Made by a program: the position numbers and the translations under genes. The notes below the pieces were generated by a model that had not been told where the DNA came from, made no database searches, and was given only the letters and a program-made list of their open reading frames with translations. Of a DNA stretch of 37,252 nt, positions 7,039 through 16,080 are shown one piece after another. Position 1 is the first letter of the stretch. Each line of letters starts with the position of its first letter. Source of the DNA: a virus (taxonomy: Duplodnaviria > Heunggongvirae > Uroviricota > Caudoviricetes); the IMG/VR virus record IMGVR_UViG_2563366981_000002, positions 1 through 37,252 of that record; one strand, written 5' to 3'.

Positions 7039-9449
7039 GTCATGACGATATGAGCAACTCTAGCGGCTTTAACGAGGCCGCAGCAGCATTTTCATGGAAC
7101 GGCCCGAAAAAGGCCATTAACCCTTATCTGGACCCGGCGGAAGTTGCGCCGGAGTCTGCACTTTCAAACATGATCACTCTGTACGCTGCCGATAACGAGC
7201 AGGAACAGCTGCGCCGCGATGCACTGAGTGAGCAGGTCTGGGAGCGTTATTTCTTTAATGAATCCCGTGATCCTGTCCAGCGCGAAATGGAGCAGGATAA
7301 GCTCATTAGCCGCGCAAAGCTTGCGCATGAGCAGCAGCGTTTTAACCCGGACATGGTCATTCTGGCAGATGTCAGCGCCCAGCCTACCCACATCAGCAAG
7401 CCGCTGATGCAACGTATCGAATACTTCAGTAGCCTGGGCAGGCCAAAGGCTTATTCCCGCTATTTGCGTGAGACGATTAAGCCATGTCTGGAGCGACTGG
7501 ATTGTGTACGCGACAGTCAGCTATCCGCTTCTTTCCGTTTTATGGCAAGCCATCAAGGGCTTGAGGGCCTGCTGATCCTGCCTGAAATGAGTCAGGATCA
7601 GGTAAAACGCCTGTCCACCCTGGTAGCAGCGCATATGAGCATGTGTCTTGAGGTCGCTTGTGGTGATTTGTATGCCACCGATGACGTTAAGCCAGAAGAA
7701 ATCCGCAAGGCATGGGAAAAGGTGGCAGCGGAAACCCTGCGTCTGGATGTTATCCCGCCTGCGTTTGAGAAACTTCGTCGGAAAAGAAACCGCCGCAAAC
7801 CAGTGCCCTATGAACTCATACCGGGTTCGATGGCACGTATGCTTTGCGCCGACTGGTGGTATCGAAAATTGTGGAAGATGCGTTGCGAATGGCGGGAAGA
7901 GCAGTTGCGTGCTGTCTGTCTGGTCAGCAAAAAAGCATCTCCCTATGTCAGCTATGAAGCAGTGACGCATAAACGTGAGCAGCGCCGCAAGTCGCTGGAG
8001 TTTTTCCGTTCTCATGAATTGGTGAACGAAGACGGAGACACGCTGGATATGGAAGATGTGGTAAACGCCAGCAGCAGCAACCCGGCACATCGCCGAAATG
8101 AGATGATGGCTTGCGTTAAAGGTCTGGAGCTTATCGCGGAAATGCGTGGTGACTGCGCCGTTTTCTACACTATCACCTGTCCGTCACGTTTCCATTCCAC
8201 GCTAAATAACGGCAGGCCCAACCCGACCTGGACAAATACGACGGTAAGACAAAGCAGTGATTATCTGGTCGGCATGTTTGCTGCATTTCGTAAGGCGATG
8301 CACAAAGCCGGATTGCGCTGGTATGGCGTGCGGGTGGCTGAGCCGCATCATGACGGTACAGTTCACTGGCACCTGTTGTGTTTTATGCGCAAAAAAGATC
8401 GCCGCACCATTACTGCTTTGTTGCGTAAGTTTGCCATTCGTGAAGACCGCGAGGAGCTGGGTAATAACACTGGGCCGCGCTTTAAGTCTGAGCTGATTAA
8501 TCCGCGCAAAGGAACGCCGACAAGCTACATCGCGAAATATATCAGTAAGAACATTGACGGGCGTGGTCTGGCTGGCGAGATCAGCAAGGAAACGGGTAAA
8601 TCTCTGCGTGATAACGCTGAATACGTGAATGCCTGGGCGTCTCTGCATCGTGTTCAGCAATTCCGCTTCTTTGGCATTCCGGGGCGTCAGGCTTACCGTG
8701 AACTGCGATTGCTGGCTGGTCAGGCGGCAAGGCAACAGGGGGACAAAAAAGCAGGTGCGCCGGTACTGGATAACCCGCGCCTTGATGCAATCCTGGCTGC
8801 TGCTGATGCTGGTTGTTTTGCCACCTACATCATGAAGCAGGGCGGCGTACTGGTTCCCCGCAAATATCACCTCATCAGAACTGCTTATGAAATCAACGAA
8901 GAACCGACCGCATATGGCGATCACGGTATTCGTATTTATGGCATCTGGTCACCCATTGCAGAGGGCAAGATCTGCACTCATGCGGTGAAGTGGAAAATGG
9001 TTCGTAAGGCCGTTGACGTTCAGGAGGCGGCAGCCGACCAGGGCGCTTGCGCCCCTTGGACTCGTGGCAATAACTGTCCCCTTGCTGAAAATTTGAACCA
9101 ACAAGGGAAAGACAAATCAGCTGATGGGGATACCAGAACGGATATCACCCGCATGGATGACAAGGAGTTGCACGATTACCTGCACAGTATGAGCAAAAAA
9201 GAGCGCCGGGAACTGGCAGCAAGATTACGCCTGGTTAAACCGAAACGGCGTAAAGACTACAAACAGCGAATTACAGAGTATCAGCGTCAGCAGCTCGTCT
9301 ATGAGCTGAAGTCCAGAGGATTTGATGGCAGCGAGAAAGAGGTCGATTTGCTCCTTCGCGGTGGCAGTATTCCGTCAGGAGCAGGCCTGCGTATCTTCTA
9401 TCGGAACCAGCGTTTGCAGGAAGATGATAAGTGGCGGAACCTGTATTAA
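7035..9449 (+). CDS. A: replication initiation protein A (rolling-circle nickase)
   Basis: 804-aa ORF with HUH-like motif ([10 protein letters not shown]); conserved position after early genes. Confidence 0.85.
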   Translation: MSHDDMSNSSGFNEAAAAFSWNGPKKAINPYLDPAEVAPESALSNMITLYAADNEQEQLRRDALSEQVWERYFFNESRDPVQREMEQDKLISRAKLAHEQQRFNPDMVILADVSAQPTHISKPLMQRIEYFSSLGRPKAYSRYLRETIKPCLERLDCVRDSQLSASFRFMASHQGLEGLLILPEMSQDQVKRLSTLVAAHMSMCLEVACGDLYATDDVKPEEIRKAWEKVAAETLRLDVIPPAFEKLRRKRNRRKPVPYELIPGSMARMLCADWWYRKLWKMRCEWREEQLRAVCLVSKKASPYVSYEAVTHKREQRRKSLEFFRSHELVNEDGDTLDMEDVVNASSSNPAHRRNEMMACVKGLELIAEMRGDCAVFYTITCPSRFHSTLNNGRPNPTWTNTTVRQSSDYLVGMFAAFRKAMHKAGLRWYGVRVAEPHHDGTVHWHLLCFMRKKDRRTITALLRKFAIREDREELGNNTGPRFKSELINPRKGTPTSYIAKYISKNIDGRGLAGEISKETGKSLRDNAEYVNAWASLHRVQQFRFFGIPGRQAYRELRLLAGQAARQQGDKKAGAPVLDNPRLDAILAAADAGCFATYIMKQGGVLVPRKYHLIRTAYEINEEPTAYGDHGIRIYGIWSPIAEGKICTHAVKWKMVRKAVDVQEAAADQGACAPWTRGNNCPLAENLNQQGKDKSADGDTRTDITRMDDKELHDYLHSMSKKERRELAARLRLVKPKRRKDYKQRITEYQRQQLVYELKSRGFDGSEKEVDLLLRGGSIPSGAGLRIFYRNQRLQEDDKWRNLY

Positions 9450-9541
9450 TCACGCGGGTTAACAATCCGTGCTCTTAATAATACCAGGCATATCAGGCTG
9501 ATGAACGTAAAAAAACGTTTTACATCAGTAAGATTATTATA

Positions 9542-9561
9542 TACTGTAATTATAAACAGTG
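9542..9561. promoter_or_regulatory. LexA (SOS) box
   Basis: TACTGTAATTATAAACAGTG = CTGT-N8-ACAG; a weaker second dyad follows at about 9560-9577; lies upstream of ATG 9603. Confidence 0.6.
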
Positions 9562-9602
9562 GTTATGTATACAGTATTTCTTGTGGTGTCATAGGAGGAA
9601 AG

Positions 9603-9791
9603 ATGCAGGACTATTTTTTGGAGTCTTTGAAGCTCCAGCGCATTGATTTTTTTCTTAAGCTTGTAGCGGCTAGTGAGTGTAGTGATGAAGAGAAGGGGCT
9701 GGCTTTGCAGTGGGTTTCTGAACTAACAGATGAACTCATGGCAAAAATCAGAACCCACGAATACAACCGCTCAATGGATGTCATCAGTTGA
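9603..9791 (+). CDS. small SOS-regulated protein (possible Tum-like antirepressor; inference)
   Basis: 62-aa ORF with AGGAGG RBS directly downstream of the LexA box; the longer 9501 start is rejected because the box lies inside it. Confidence 0.5.
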   Translation: MQDYFLESLKLQRIDFFLKLVAASECSDEEKGLALQWVSELTDELMAKIRTHEYNRSMDVIS

Positions 9792-9801
9792 GGTGACTTT
9801 T

Positions 9802-10035
9802 ATGCGCATTGAAATAATGATCGATAAAGAGCAGAAGATTAGCCAGTCTACCCTGGACGCCCTTGAATCCGAGCTTTACCGTAATCTGCGCCCCCTGTAT
9901 CCCAAAACGGTAATTCGTATCCGCAAAGGTAGCTCTAACGGTGTGGAACTGACCGGACTGCAACTGGACGAAGAAAGGAAGCAAGTGATGAAAATTATGC
10001 AGAAGGTGTGGGAAGACGACAGCTGGCTGCATTAA
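9802..10035 (+). CDS. DinI-like protein
   Basis: 77-aa protein (MRIEIMIDKEQKISQSTLDALESELYRNL...WEDDSWLH) with DinI-like length and motifs; GAGGTG RBS. Confidence 0.8.
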   Translation: MRIEIMIDKEQKISQSTLDALESELYRNLRPLYPKTVIRIRKGSSNGVELTGLQLDEERKQVMKIMQKVWEDDSWLH

Positions 10036-10157
10036 GAAACGTTGCTGGCGTCTGAACTTGCTTCTGGCGTCAGCAAGGTTGAACAACGAGCTGTGCGAGG
10101 CGTTAGTTGATATAGTATCAATATATAAAAGGTTTCTCGAAGTTTTAAGGTAAGGTT

Positions 10158-10877
10158 ATGACAACTATTAACAAGCATGGGTTATCTAGAACAATTCCTG
10201 AACCTGTAAAACTGGAGGTAAGGCAGCGCTGTGGCTTTGGTTGCGTTGTTTGTGCTTCTCCCATTGTTGAGTATGAGCATGTAATTCCCACATACGCTGA
10301 TGCAAAGGAGCACTCTCCAAATGCAATAGCACTACTTTGTCCTACGTGCCATGCGAAAGTAACGAAACGTCTTTACTCTAAAGAGAAAATAATTAAAGCA
10401 ATGGAATCTCCTGCAGCCTTACAAAAAGGGAATGTGGCCGATATATTGGACTTTTCTGATAGGCATCCAACAATAATATTTGGTGGTGCGACGTTTGAAT
10501 CCTGTACTGTACCAATAATGTTTCAAAATGAGCCATTGTTAACCATTGAAAAAGAAAATAATGCTTTTCTTATTTCGGGTAAATTTTACGATAGTCAAGG
10601 TATTGTTAATCTTGAATTAATTAAGAATGAGTGGGTTTGTAGTGCAAGGCATTGGGATGTTCAGGTTGTTGGTCCTAGAATAACTATTATAGAAAAAAGG
10701 AAAGGTCCTCGTTTAATTATTAAAGTTGATGCGCCTGAAAGATTGATTGTGGAAAGATTAGATATGTTGGTTAAGGGGACTCGGATTGTAGGAGACGAAC
10801 ACAAGCTAAGAGTCGGTCCACATCAATTTCACAACTGTGGAGTTTCAAATTGCAATATTGGTTTCTGCTTTGGCTAA
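10158..10877 (+). CDS. HNH-endonuclease-domain protein with unknown C-terminal domain
   Basis: N-terminal CGFGCVVC...EYEHVIP...N...CPTCH (CxxC, EH, N, CxxCH HNH signature); markedly AT-rich; adjacent to cos-like motif. Confidence 0.75.
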   Translation: MTTINKHGLSRTIPEPVKLEVRQRCGFGCVVCASPIVEYEHVIPTYADAKEHSPNAIALLCPTCHAKVTKRLYSKEKIIKAMESPAALQKGNVADILDFSDRHPTIIFGGATFESCTVPIMFQNEPLLTIEKENNAFLISGKFYDSQGIVNLELIKNEWVCSARHWDVQVVGPRITIIEKRKGPRLIIKVDAPERLIVERLDMLVKGTRIVGDEHKLRVGPHQFHNCGVSNCNIGFCFG

Positions 10878-10990
10878 CTGGAGGTTGGAAAAAGACCATT
10901 TCCTGTAAGCTGAGTATTTCGTACATTTTTGCCAACGCATGTCTATGTCGCATGAAATCGCATGATCGTTTGAGGATCGTTTTTGCTGAT

Positions 10991-11018
10991 GCCCGCCAGA
11001 GCTGGCGGGCTTTTGCTT
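10991..11018 (+). terminator. rho-independent terminator after the HNH gene
   Basis: GCCCGCCAG / CTGGCGGGC stem followed by TTTTGCTT. Confidence 0.5.
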
Positions 11019-11059
11019 ATGTCATGCAGGTGCATGAAAACCACTACACAAAGCGGGCA

Positions 11060-11078
11060 GGCGTGGCGGGGATACGAG
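11060..11078. other. cos-like motif (putative cohesive-end site)
   Basis: GGCGTGGCGGGGATACGAG followed by GCGCGC; resembles the recalled P2/186 cohesive-end sequence; correct position and orientation relative to the portal gene. Confidence 0.4.
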
Positions 11079-11166
11079 CGCGCGCAATAGGGTTATGTAC
11101 AATAAATTTTTGACGATCTTCGAGTGTTATTAGCTTGAGGCTGTCAGGGAAAATGAATACAATAAG

Positions 11167-11198
11167 AAGCGCCTAGCAGAATGTTACTAGGCGCTTCG
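11167..11198. terminator. perfect hairpin between converging transcription units
   Basis: GAAGCGCCTAG, 10-nt loop, CTAGGCGCTTC; T-rich flank on the minus strand. Confidence 0.35.
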
Positions 11199-11230
11199 AA
11201 TATATAACCTGTATGACTTTCTTAACCTAC

Positions 11231-11338
11231 TTATCTTTTTGATTTCTTCTTCGTATCATCGTGATCGAATACTTGGCGGGTAGGCGGCTTGCTGGGTGGT
11301 GGCGGCGGCGGTAAATTAGATTTCTCATTTTTGCTCAT
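11231..11338 (-). CDS. polyproline micro-protein C (35 aa)
   Basis: MSKNEKSNLPPPPPPSKPPTRQVFDHDDTKKKSKR; AGGAAAA RBS; ATG overlaps the stop of micro-ORF B. Confidence 0.4.
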   Translation of the reverse strand: MSKNEKSNLPPPPPPSKPPTRQVFDHDDTKKKSKR

Positions 11339-11462
11339 CTTTATTTTTCCTATTTTTTGGATCATTGCCATAGCTTTCTCTAACTAACCGAGTGATTGGC
11401 GGTTTAGGTGGTGGTGGTGGTGGTGGTGCTTCATTTTTTTTAGGATTTTTGTGTTCGGTCAT
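11325..11462 (-). CDS. polyproline micro-protein B (45 aa)
   Basis: MTEHKNPKKNEAPPPPPPPKPPITRLVRESYGNDPKNRKNKDEQK; AAGGA RBS 8 nt upstream; paralogous to A and C. Confidence 0.45.
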   Translation of the reverse strand: MTEHKNPKKNEAPPPPPPPKPPITRLVRESYGNDPKNRKNKDEQK

Positions 11463-11577
11463 TTTTATCGTCCTTTCTGTCTCTTCGTAGTTGCCTTGCT
11501 TTTGAATCATCTTCAATAACGATCCTTCTTGCGGGTGGAGTAGGCTGAGGAGGTGGTGGCGGTAACGGTTTGGTCAT
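11440..11577 (-). CDS. polyproline micro-protein A (45 aa)
   Basis: MTKPLPPPPPQPTPPARRIVIEDDSKARQLRRDRKDDKNDRTQKS; AGGAG RBS 7 nt upstream; TAATG overlap with the membrane protein gene. Confidence 0.45.
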   Translation of the reverse strand: MTKPLPPPPPQPTPPARRIVIEDDSKARQLRRDRKDDKNDRTQKS

Positions 11578-12227
11578 TAAGTTCTCCTGACATTTTCAAT
11601 AGGTATTATCAAATAGTTAGGGGCGTTATTTTTCCGCGGTGATGCTGCATCTAAATCAGCTAAAAGAAATATGACTACTGCTGCGATAATTGGAATCCAT
11701 GACCAGACAAGATACTTTGTTGACTCAAATAGTTTACTGGAACGTTCTTCATTGATATTACTGTTCCAGCTAGCACACTCTCTGATTTCTTGATGAATAA
11801 ACTCCCAAAGTTTATTATCAGGGTTATAACTTTCATCGTATGTAAGTCCATTGTCATCGCAATATTTTTTATATTTCACTTCGTAACTAATCAGATCTAT
11901 GTGATAATCATGCAATGCTTTAGGTGCAGGGCAATACTTAAATTCATTTCCCCATATGACTTGTTTCAACAGAATTGATGATACAAGAACTAAGCCAAAT
12001 GAAATTGCGGTACATAAAAATACTAGGCAAGCTAGCCTTGGGTGGGATTCATAAGATGTGTTTTTGGCGAGATAAGTGAGTATAGTTGCGGTAATGACAA
12101 CTAATCCGAATTCGGCTTGAGCGCGAGTATGTATCTTGTCTTTATTCTCAATTTCTGAGAAATAAAGTTTTTCGTAAAATTCTAATGCTTTATCCTTTTT
12201 CATTTTTAGATTCAGTGTGATGTCCAT
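11577..12227 (-). CDS. accessory membrane protein (three predicted TM helices)
   Basis: 216-aa ORF, AT-rich, hydrophobic segments at about residues 40-55, 65-87 and 175-195; lies between the cos-like motif and the portal gene. Confidence 0.7.
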   Translation of the reverse strand: MDITLNLKMKKDKALEFYEKLYFSEIENKDKIHTRAQAEFGLVVITATILTYLAKNTSYESHPRLACLVFLCTAISFGLVLVSSILLKQVIWGNEFKYCPAPKALHDYHIDLISYEVKYKKYCDDNGLTYDESYNPDNKLWEFIHQEIRECASWNSNINEERSSKLFESTKYLVWSWIPIIAAVVIFLLADLDAASPRKNNAPNYLIIPIENVRRT

Positions 12228-12248
12228 GTATCAAACATATCACGATAA

Positions 12249-12278
12249 CAAAAAAAGAAAAGCCGCAATTCTGCGGCT
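12249..12278 (-). terminator. rho-independent terminator downstream of the portal gene
   Basis: AGCCGCA / TGCGGCT stem, then TTTTCTTTTTTTG on the minus strand. Confidence 0.5.
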
Positions 12279-12296
12279 GTTGGGAAGCTAATCTAG

Positions 12297-13325
12297 CTAT
12301 AATTCGTAATTTGTGAACCCTATCGCGTTTTTATCCAGCCATTTATTAAGCTCCTCAAAGCGTCTCTGAAGCGGAATAAGTTCATTACGAACGAATACGC
12401 GGCTGGCCTTCTCCACATCCCCAAATCCCCCAACATTATTAGGCATAATCCCCATCATTTGCGGTGGCACACGATGCGCCGCCATCATGTCATCCCGGCT
12501 CACGTTCTTGATGTTTAGAAACTCATCCTTCGCCGCGACTTCTGACAGAGGAATGATCTGAAGCCCATCCTTTTTGCCGTTAGGCGAGTACATAAACAGG
12601 TTGCGGAAGTTACCCGGTCCTTTGGCGCTTTTCATCGCATTGCGGAGGTTGTTCACATCCTCCTGGTTCTGCGCGGCATCGGTCATGTACATGATGAAGC
12701 CTGCATGACTACCGTTAATGTAATACTTCCGGCGGAACAGCGTGGCGGACTCGTTGAGCAAAGCGGATGGGATGGCAGAAAGATAGCCGGGCAGGCCGTA
12801 GATCTCCTGATTAATATCCGGTTCCATCAGATGAAAAATGCTGCCTTTCGTGAACTGATACGGCTGGGTTGTCATACCGTATTGCACAAACCAGTAGGTA
12901 TCCAGGTCTAACCCGCGTCGGGTATATTTTGCCAGAGCAGGCTCAAGGGCGATAACTTCACCGAAGCGGTTCGTGCGTTTCTCCAGATAAGCGTTACCAA
13001 ATACCAGATAGTCCTGCACAAAACGTGAAAAAGCCTGCTGGCTGAGCAGCGGGTGAGGGATGTAGGTACTGGTCAGTATGTTGCATTTCACCGCAATTGG
13101 TGAACTGTGATGCACGGCAGCGCGGAAGGTGCGCGCCAGTCCGTCAAAGCTTACTGGCGGCTCATACCAGTGATCTGTCTGTACGCATTCCACATAGTCC
13201 AGCAGTTCTCGGCGGTCCAGAACAGGAACGGGATCGCCGAAGCTGAATGCTTCGGCTGTAGTTTGACTTTTAAGCTGGATCTGTTTCGTCGCCGAAGCGC
13301 GGTTCTTCTTACTCTTTCCCATCAA
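12297..13325 (-). CDS. Q: portal protein
   Basis: 342-aa ORF, leftward, cos-proximal, ATGA-coupled to terminase; P2 Q-like position. Confidence 0.9.
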   Translation of the reverse strand: MMGKSKKNRASATKQIQLKSQTTAEAFSFGDPVPVLDRRELLDYVECVQTDHWYEPPVSFDGLARTFRAAVHHSSPIAVKCNILTSTYIPHPLLSQQAFSRFVQDYLVFGNAYLEKRTNRFGEVIALEPALAKYTRRGLDLDTYWFVQYGMTTQPYQFTKGSIFHLMEPDINQEIYGLPGYLSAIPSALLNESATLFRRKYYINGSHAGFIMYMTDAAQNQEDVNNLRNAMKSAKGPGNFRNLFMYSPNGKKDGLQIIPLSEVAAKDEFLNIKNVSRDDMMAAHRVPPQMMGIMPNNVGGFGDVEKASRVFVRNELIPLQRRFEELNKWLDKNAIGFTNYEL

Positions 13326-15088
13326 AAAATCTCCACAATATTGCTGGTATTGGCGGACTCGCCCTGCAGCGGTTCGTTAAACAGTGCGTGCATTGTTGCC
13401 CAGGCCAGATCGGCGTGACTGGCTTCTTCGCTGCGGCTGGCTTCATAGGTCGGGCGGTTGCCGCTGGCGGTGGTGGCGCGACGGATTGCCATAAATGACT
13501 GCGCTATGTCGGTGTGTCCGGCGTCAAACTCCAGACGGCGGTGGCTGATAATGTCGTAGGCCTTGAGTACCAGGGCGTTTTTAACATTGGGGTTGTAGAC
13601 AAACTCCCGGACGGCAGGAAAGAACGCTTTCACGTTCTCGTAAACCCCGTGGCCGACCCCAGTTGAGTCGATGCCGATGTAGGTCACGTTGTACTGTTCG
13701 GTCAGTTTTTTGATGGCGTCAGCCTGGGCGCGGAAGTCCATCCCGCGCCACTGGTGACGCTCAAGAATGCGGAACTTACCGCCCGGTACGGCTGGCGGTG
13801 CCACCACCACGCATCCGGCACTGTCGCCGTTCTGCGTACCTTTTGCCGGGTCATAACCGATCCATACTTCGCGCCAGCCAAACGGGCGCAGGGCCAGTGC
13901 ATGAAAGTCGGTCCAGACTTCCCAGCTGTCCACCATGCACGCCTGCAATTCGCTGAGCGGGAACACAGATGCGAGATCGTCAACGAATTCGCACATCAGC
14001 AGGTTCTGGTATTCGTCCGGGCTGTACTCCATGCGCAACTGGTCGAGGTCGAACAGGTTACAGCCGCCGCGTACCGCATCTTCCACGGTGACTATCTGGC
14101 GGTATTGCCCGTCTGCGCACAGCAGGCCGGGGGCCAGATTGCTGTGGGACAGGTCGATGTCCACCTTATCGGCTTTGTTGCGCCCACGGTTGAACAGCGC
14201 ACCGGACCAGAACGGATAAGCACTGTGTGTCAGGCTGGATGGCGTGGAAAAATAGGTCTGTCGCCATTTCTTGTGAATAGCCATCCCGGAAGCCACTTTG
14301 CGCAGCTCCTGGAATTTCGGTATCCAGAAATATTCATCCAGATACAGGTTGCCGTGGTAACTCTGGGCCGTGCGGGCATTGGTGCCGAGGAAATACAGTG
14401 TGGCCCCGTTGGGAAGCACCATCGGATCGCCTTTCAGCTCCACCTCCACTTCTTTGGCGAAGTCGATGATGTACTGCTTAAAGACGTGAGCCTGTGCCTT
14501 ACTGGCAGAAAGGAAAATCTGGTTACGTCCGGTAAGCAGGGCGTCAATCAGGGCTTCACGGGCAAAGTAAAAGGTCGCACCGATCTGGCGTGACTTCAGC
14601 AGGTTGCGGATGCGGTTGGTTTTTCCGGCTTCCCACCAGTGGCGCTGATAGTTGAACATGGAGGAATGGAAGATTTCTTCCAGCTTCTCAATCTGTTCAT
14701 CGGTGAAAACGTTCTTTTCCGGCTGACGACGCGGGCCTTTGTTGCGGTTGGCGACGTTAGGGTTTAAGTCGGCTTCGTTGCCGCCATTGTTAAACTTGCC
14801 GATCCGCGCATGGCGCTCCGACTGGCGCGCCAGCAGGTCAATCTCTTTGAAATCTTTCCCTTCTTTGTGCTCCTTCATAATGAGCTGGCAGTAGCGTGCG
14901 GCGGTGGTGAGCTGCATCTGATCCAGCGGCCCATAGTCACCCCACTTGTCGCGTTTTTTCCAGCTGTGAACGGTTGCAACTTTCTCGCCCAGCATTTCAG
15001 CAATGCGGGCTACGCGGTATCCCTGAAAGTACAGCAGCATGGCCTGCCGACGGGGATCGAGATCTGCGGGTGTCAGTGTGGTGTTCAT
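13322..15088 (-). CDS. P: terminase large subunit (ATPase)
   Basis: 588-aa ORF divergent from the capsid operon; P2 P-like position and size. Confidence 0.9.
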   Translation of the reverse strand: MNTTLTPADLDPRRQAMLLYFQGYRVARIAEMLGEKVATVHSWKKRDKWGDYGPLDQMQLTTAARYCQLIMKEHKEGKDFKEIDLLARQSERHARIGKFNNGGNEADLNPNVANRNKGPRRQPEKNVFTDEQIEKLEEIFHSSMFNYQRHWWEAGKTNRIRNLLKSRQIGATFYFAREALIDALLTGRNQIFLSASKAQAHVFKQYIIDFAKEVEVELKGDPMVLPNGATLYFLGTNARTAQSYHGNLYLDEYFWIPKFQELRKVASGMAIHKKWRQTYFSTPSSLTHSAYPFWSGALFNRGRNKADKVDIDLSHSNLAPGLLCADGQYRQIVTVEDAVRGGCNLFDLDQLRMEYSPDEYQNLLMCEFVDDLASVFPLSELQACMVDSWEVWTDFHALALRPFGWREVWIGYDPAKGTQNGDSAGCVVVAPPAVPGGKFRILERHQWRGMDFRAQADAIKKLTEQYNVTYIGIDSTGVGHGVYENVKAFFPAVREFVYNPNVKNALVLKAYDIISHRRLEFDAGHTDIAQSFMAIRRATTASGNRPTYEASRSEEASHADLAWATMHALFNEPLQGESANTSNIVEIF

Positions 15089-15134
15089 GGCACAAACCTA
15101 CAGCCTTGAATGAAGGCTTTCCCCGCCTGCGGTT

Positions 15135-15152
15135 TGTGTGGTTGTCGGTACA
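15135..15152. promoter_or_regulatory. Ogr-type late promoter dyad (P/O region)
   Basis: TGT-N12-ACA (TGTGTGGTTGTCGGTACA) in the divergent intergenic region. Confidence 0.55.
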
Positions 15153-15230
15153 AATACCGCGCATTGTTTCACTGCCCCCATCACCGCAACCATAAGGCTC
15201 CAGTAAGTTTTTTCTAACGGAGCACGGCTC

Positions 15231-16064
15231 ATGACAGTGAAAGCAAAGCGTTTTCGCATCGGGGTGGAAGGTGCCACCACCGACGGACGCGAAATCCAGC
15301 GTGAATGGCTGGAACAGATGGCAGCCAGCTACAACCCGGCGGTGTATACCGCGCTGATTAACCTTGAGCACATCAAGTCTTATCTGCCGGACAGCACCTT
15401 TAACCGCTACGGCAAGGTGACGGCGCTGTTTGCTGAAGAAATAACGGAAGGTCCGCTGGCAGGCAAGATGGCGCTGTATGCCGACGTTGAGCCAACGGAG
15501 TCCCTGGTGGAACTGGTGAAAAAAGGCCAGAAATTATTCACCTCTATGGAAGTCAGCCCGAAGTTCGCTGATACGGGCAAAGCCTACCTGGTCGGCCTGG
15601 CTGCCACTGATGACCCTGCCAGTCTGGGTACGGAAATGCTGACATTCAGCGCCAGTGCAGCTCATAACCCGCTGGCAAACCGCAAGCAGAATCCTGCAAA
15701 TCTCTTTACCGCTGCAGAGGAAACGGTGATCGAACTGGAAGAAATCCAGGACGACAAACCGTCCCTGTTTGCCCGTGTCACGGCGCTGTTTACCAAAAAA
15801 GAACAGTCCGATGACGCCCGGTTCTCTGATGTGCATAAGGCCGTGGAGCTGGTTGCCACTGAGCAGCAGAACCTGAGCGCACGCACCGAAAAATCCCTGT
15901 CTGAGCAGGAAGAACGCCTGTCTGAACTGGAGACTGCTCTGCAGGAGCAGCAAACCGCCTTTAACGAACTGGTGAATAAGCTGAGTCATGAAGACAGCCG
16001 CCAGGACTACCGCCAGCGTGCAACAGGCGGTAACGCCCCCGCTGACACTCTGACCAATTGCTGA
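15231..16064 (+). CDS. O: capsid scaffolding protein
   Basis: 277 aa, N-terminus FRIGVEGATTDGREIQ like P2 gpO; first gene of rightward late operon. Confidence 0.85.
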   Translation: MTVKAKRFRIGVEGATTDGREIQREWLEQMAASYNPAVYTALINLEHIKSYLPDSTFNRYGKVTALFAEEITEGPLAGKMALYADVEPTESLVELVKKGQKLFTSMEVSPKFADTGKAYLVGLAATDDPASLGTEMLTFSASAAHNPLANRKQNPANLFTAAEETVIELEEIQDDKPSLFARVTALFTKKEQSDDARFSDVHKAVELVATEQQNLSARTEKSLSEQEERLSELETALQEQQTAFNELVNKLSHEDSRQDYRQRATGGNAPADTLTNC

Positions 16065-16080
16065 TGGAGCACAAAACCTG

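Noticed and set aside
9501-9602. Longer start at 9501 for the small SOS-regulated ORF
   Set aside because: The LexA box and the likely promoter lie inside this extension; the AGGAGG-preceded ATG at 9603 is the more plausible start.
11280-11580. Repetitive GGTGG/GGCGG tracts that could suggest a CRISPR array or simple tandem repeat
   Set aside because: There are no regularly spaced identical repeats with unique spacers. The tracts are the complement of CCA/CCG proline codons inside three minus-strand micro-ORFs that each have an RBS.
13754-14593. 279-aa plus-strand ORF inside the terminase large subunit gene, with similar long antisense ORFs inside A (7521-8090), the capsid and scaffold genes (15534-16623), the tape measure gene (30940-31710), S (20514-21071) and H (23857-24666)
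   Set aside because: These are antisense shadow ORFs typical of GC-rich coding sequence: Arg/Ala/Gly/Cys-rich, no RBS, and fully embedded in well-supported structural genes.
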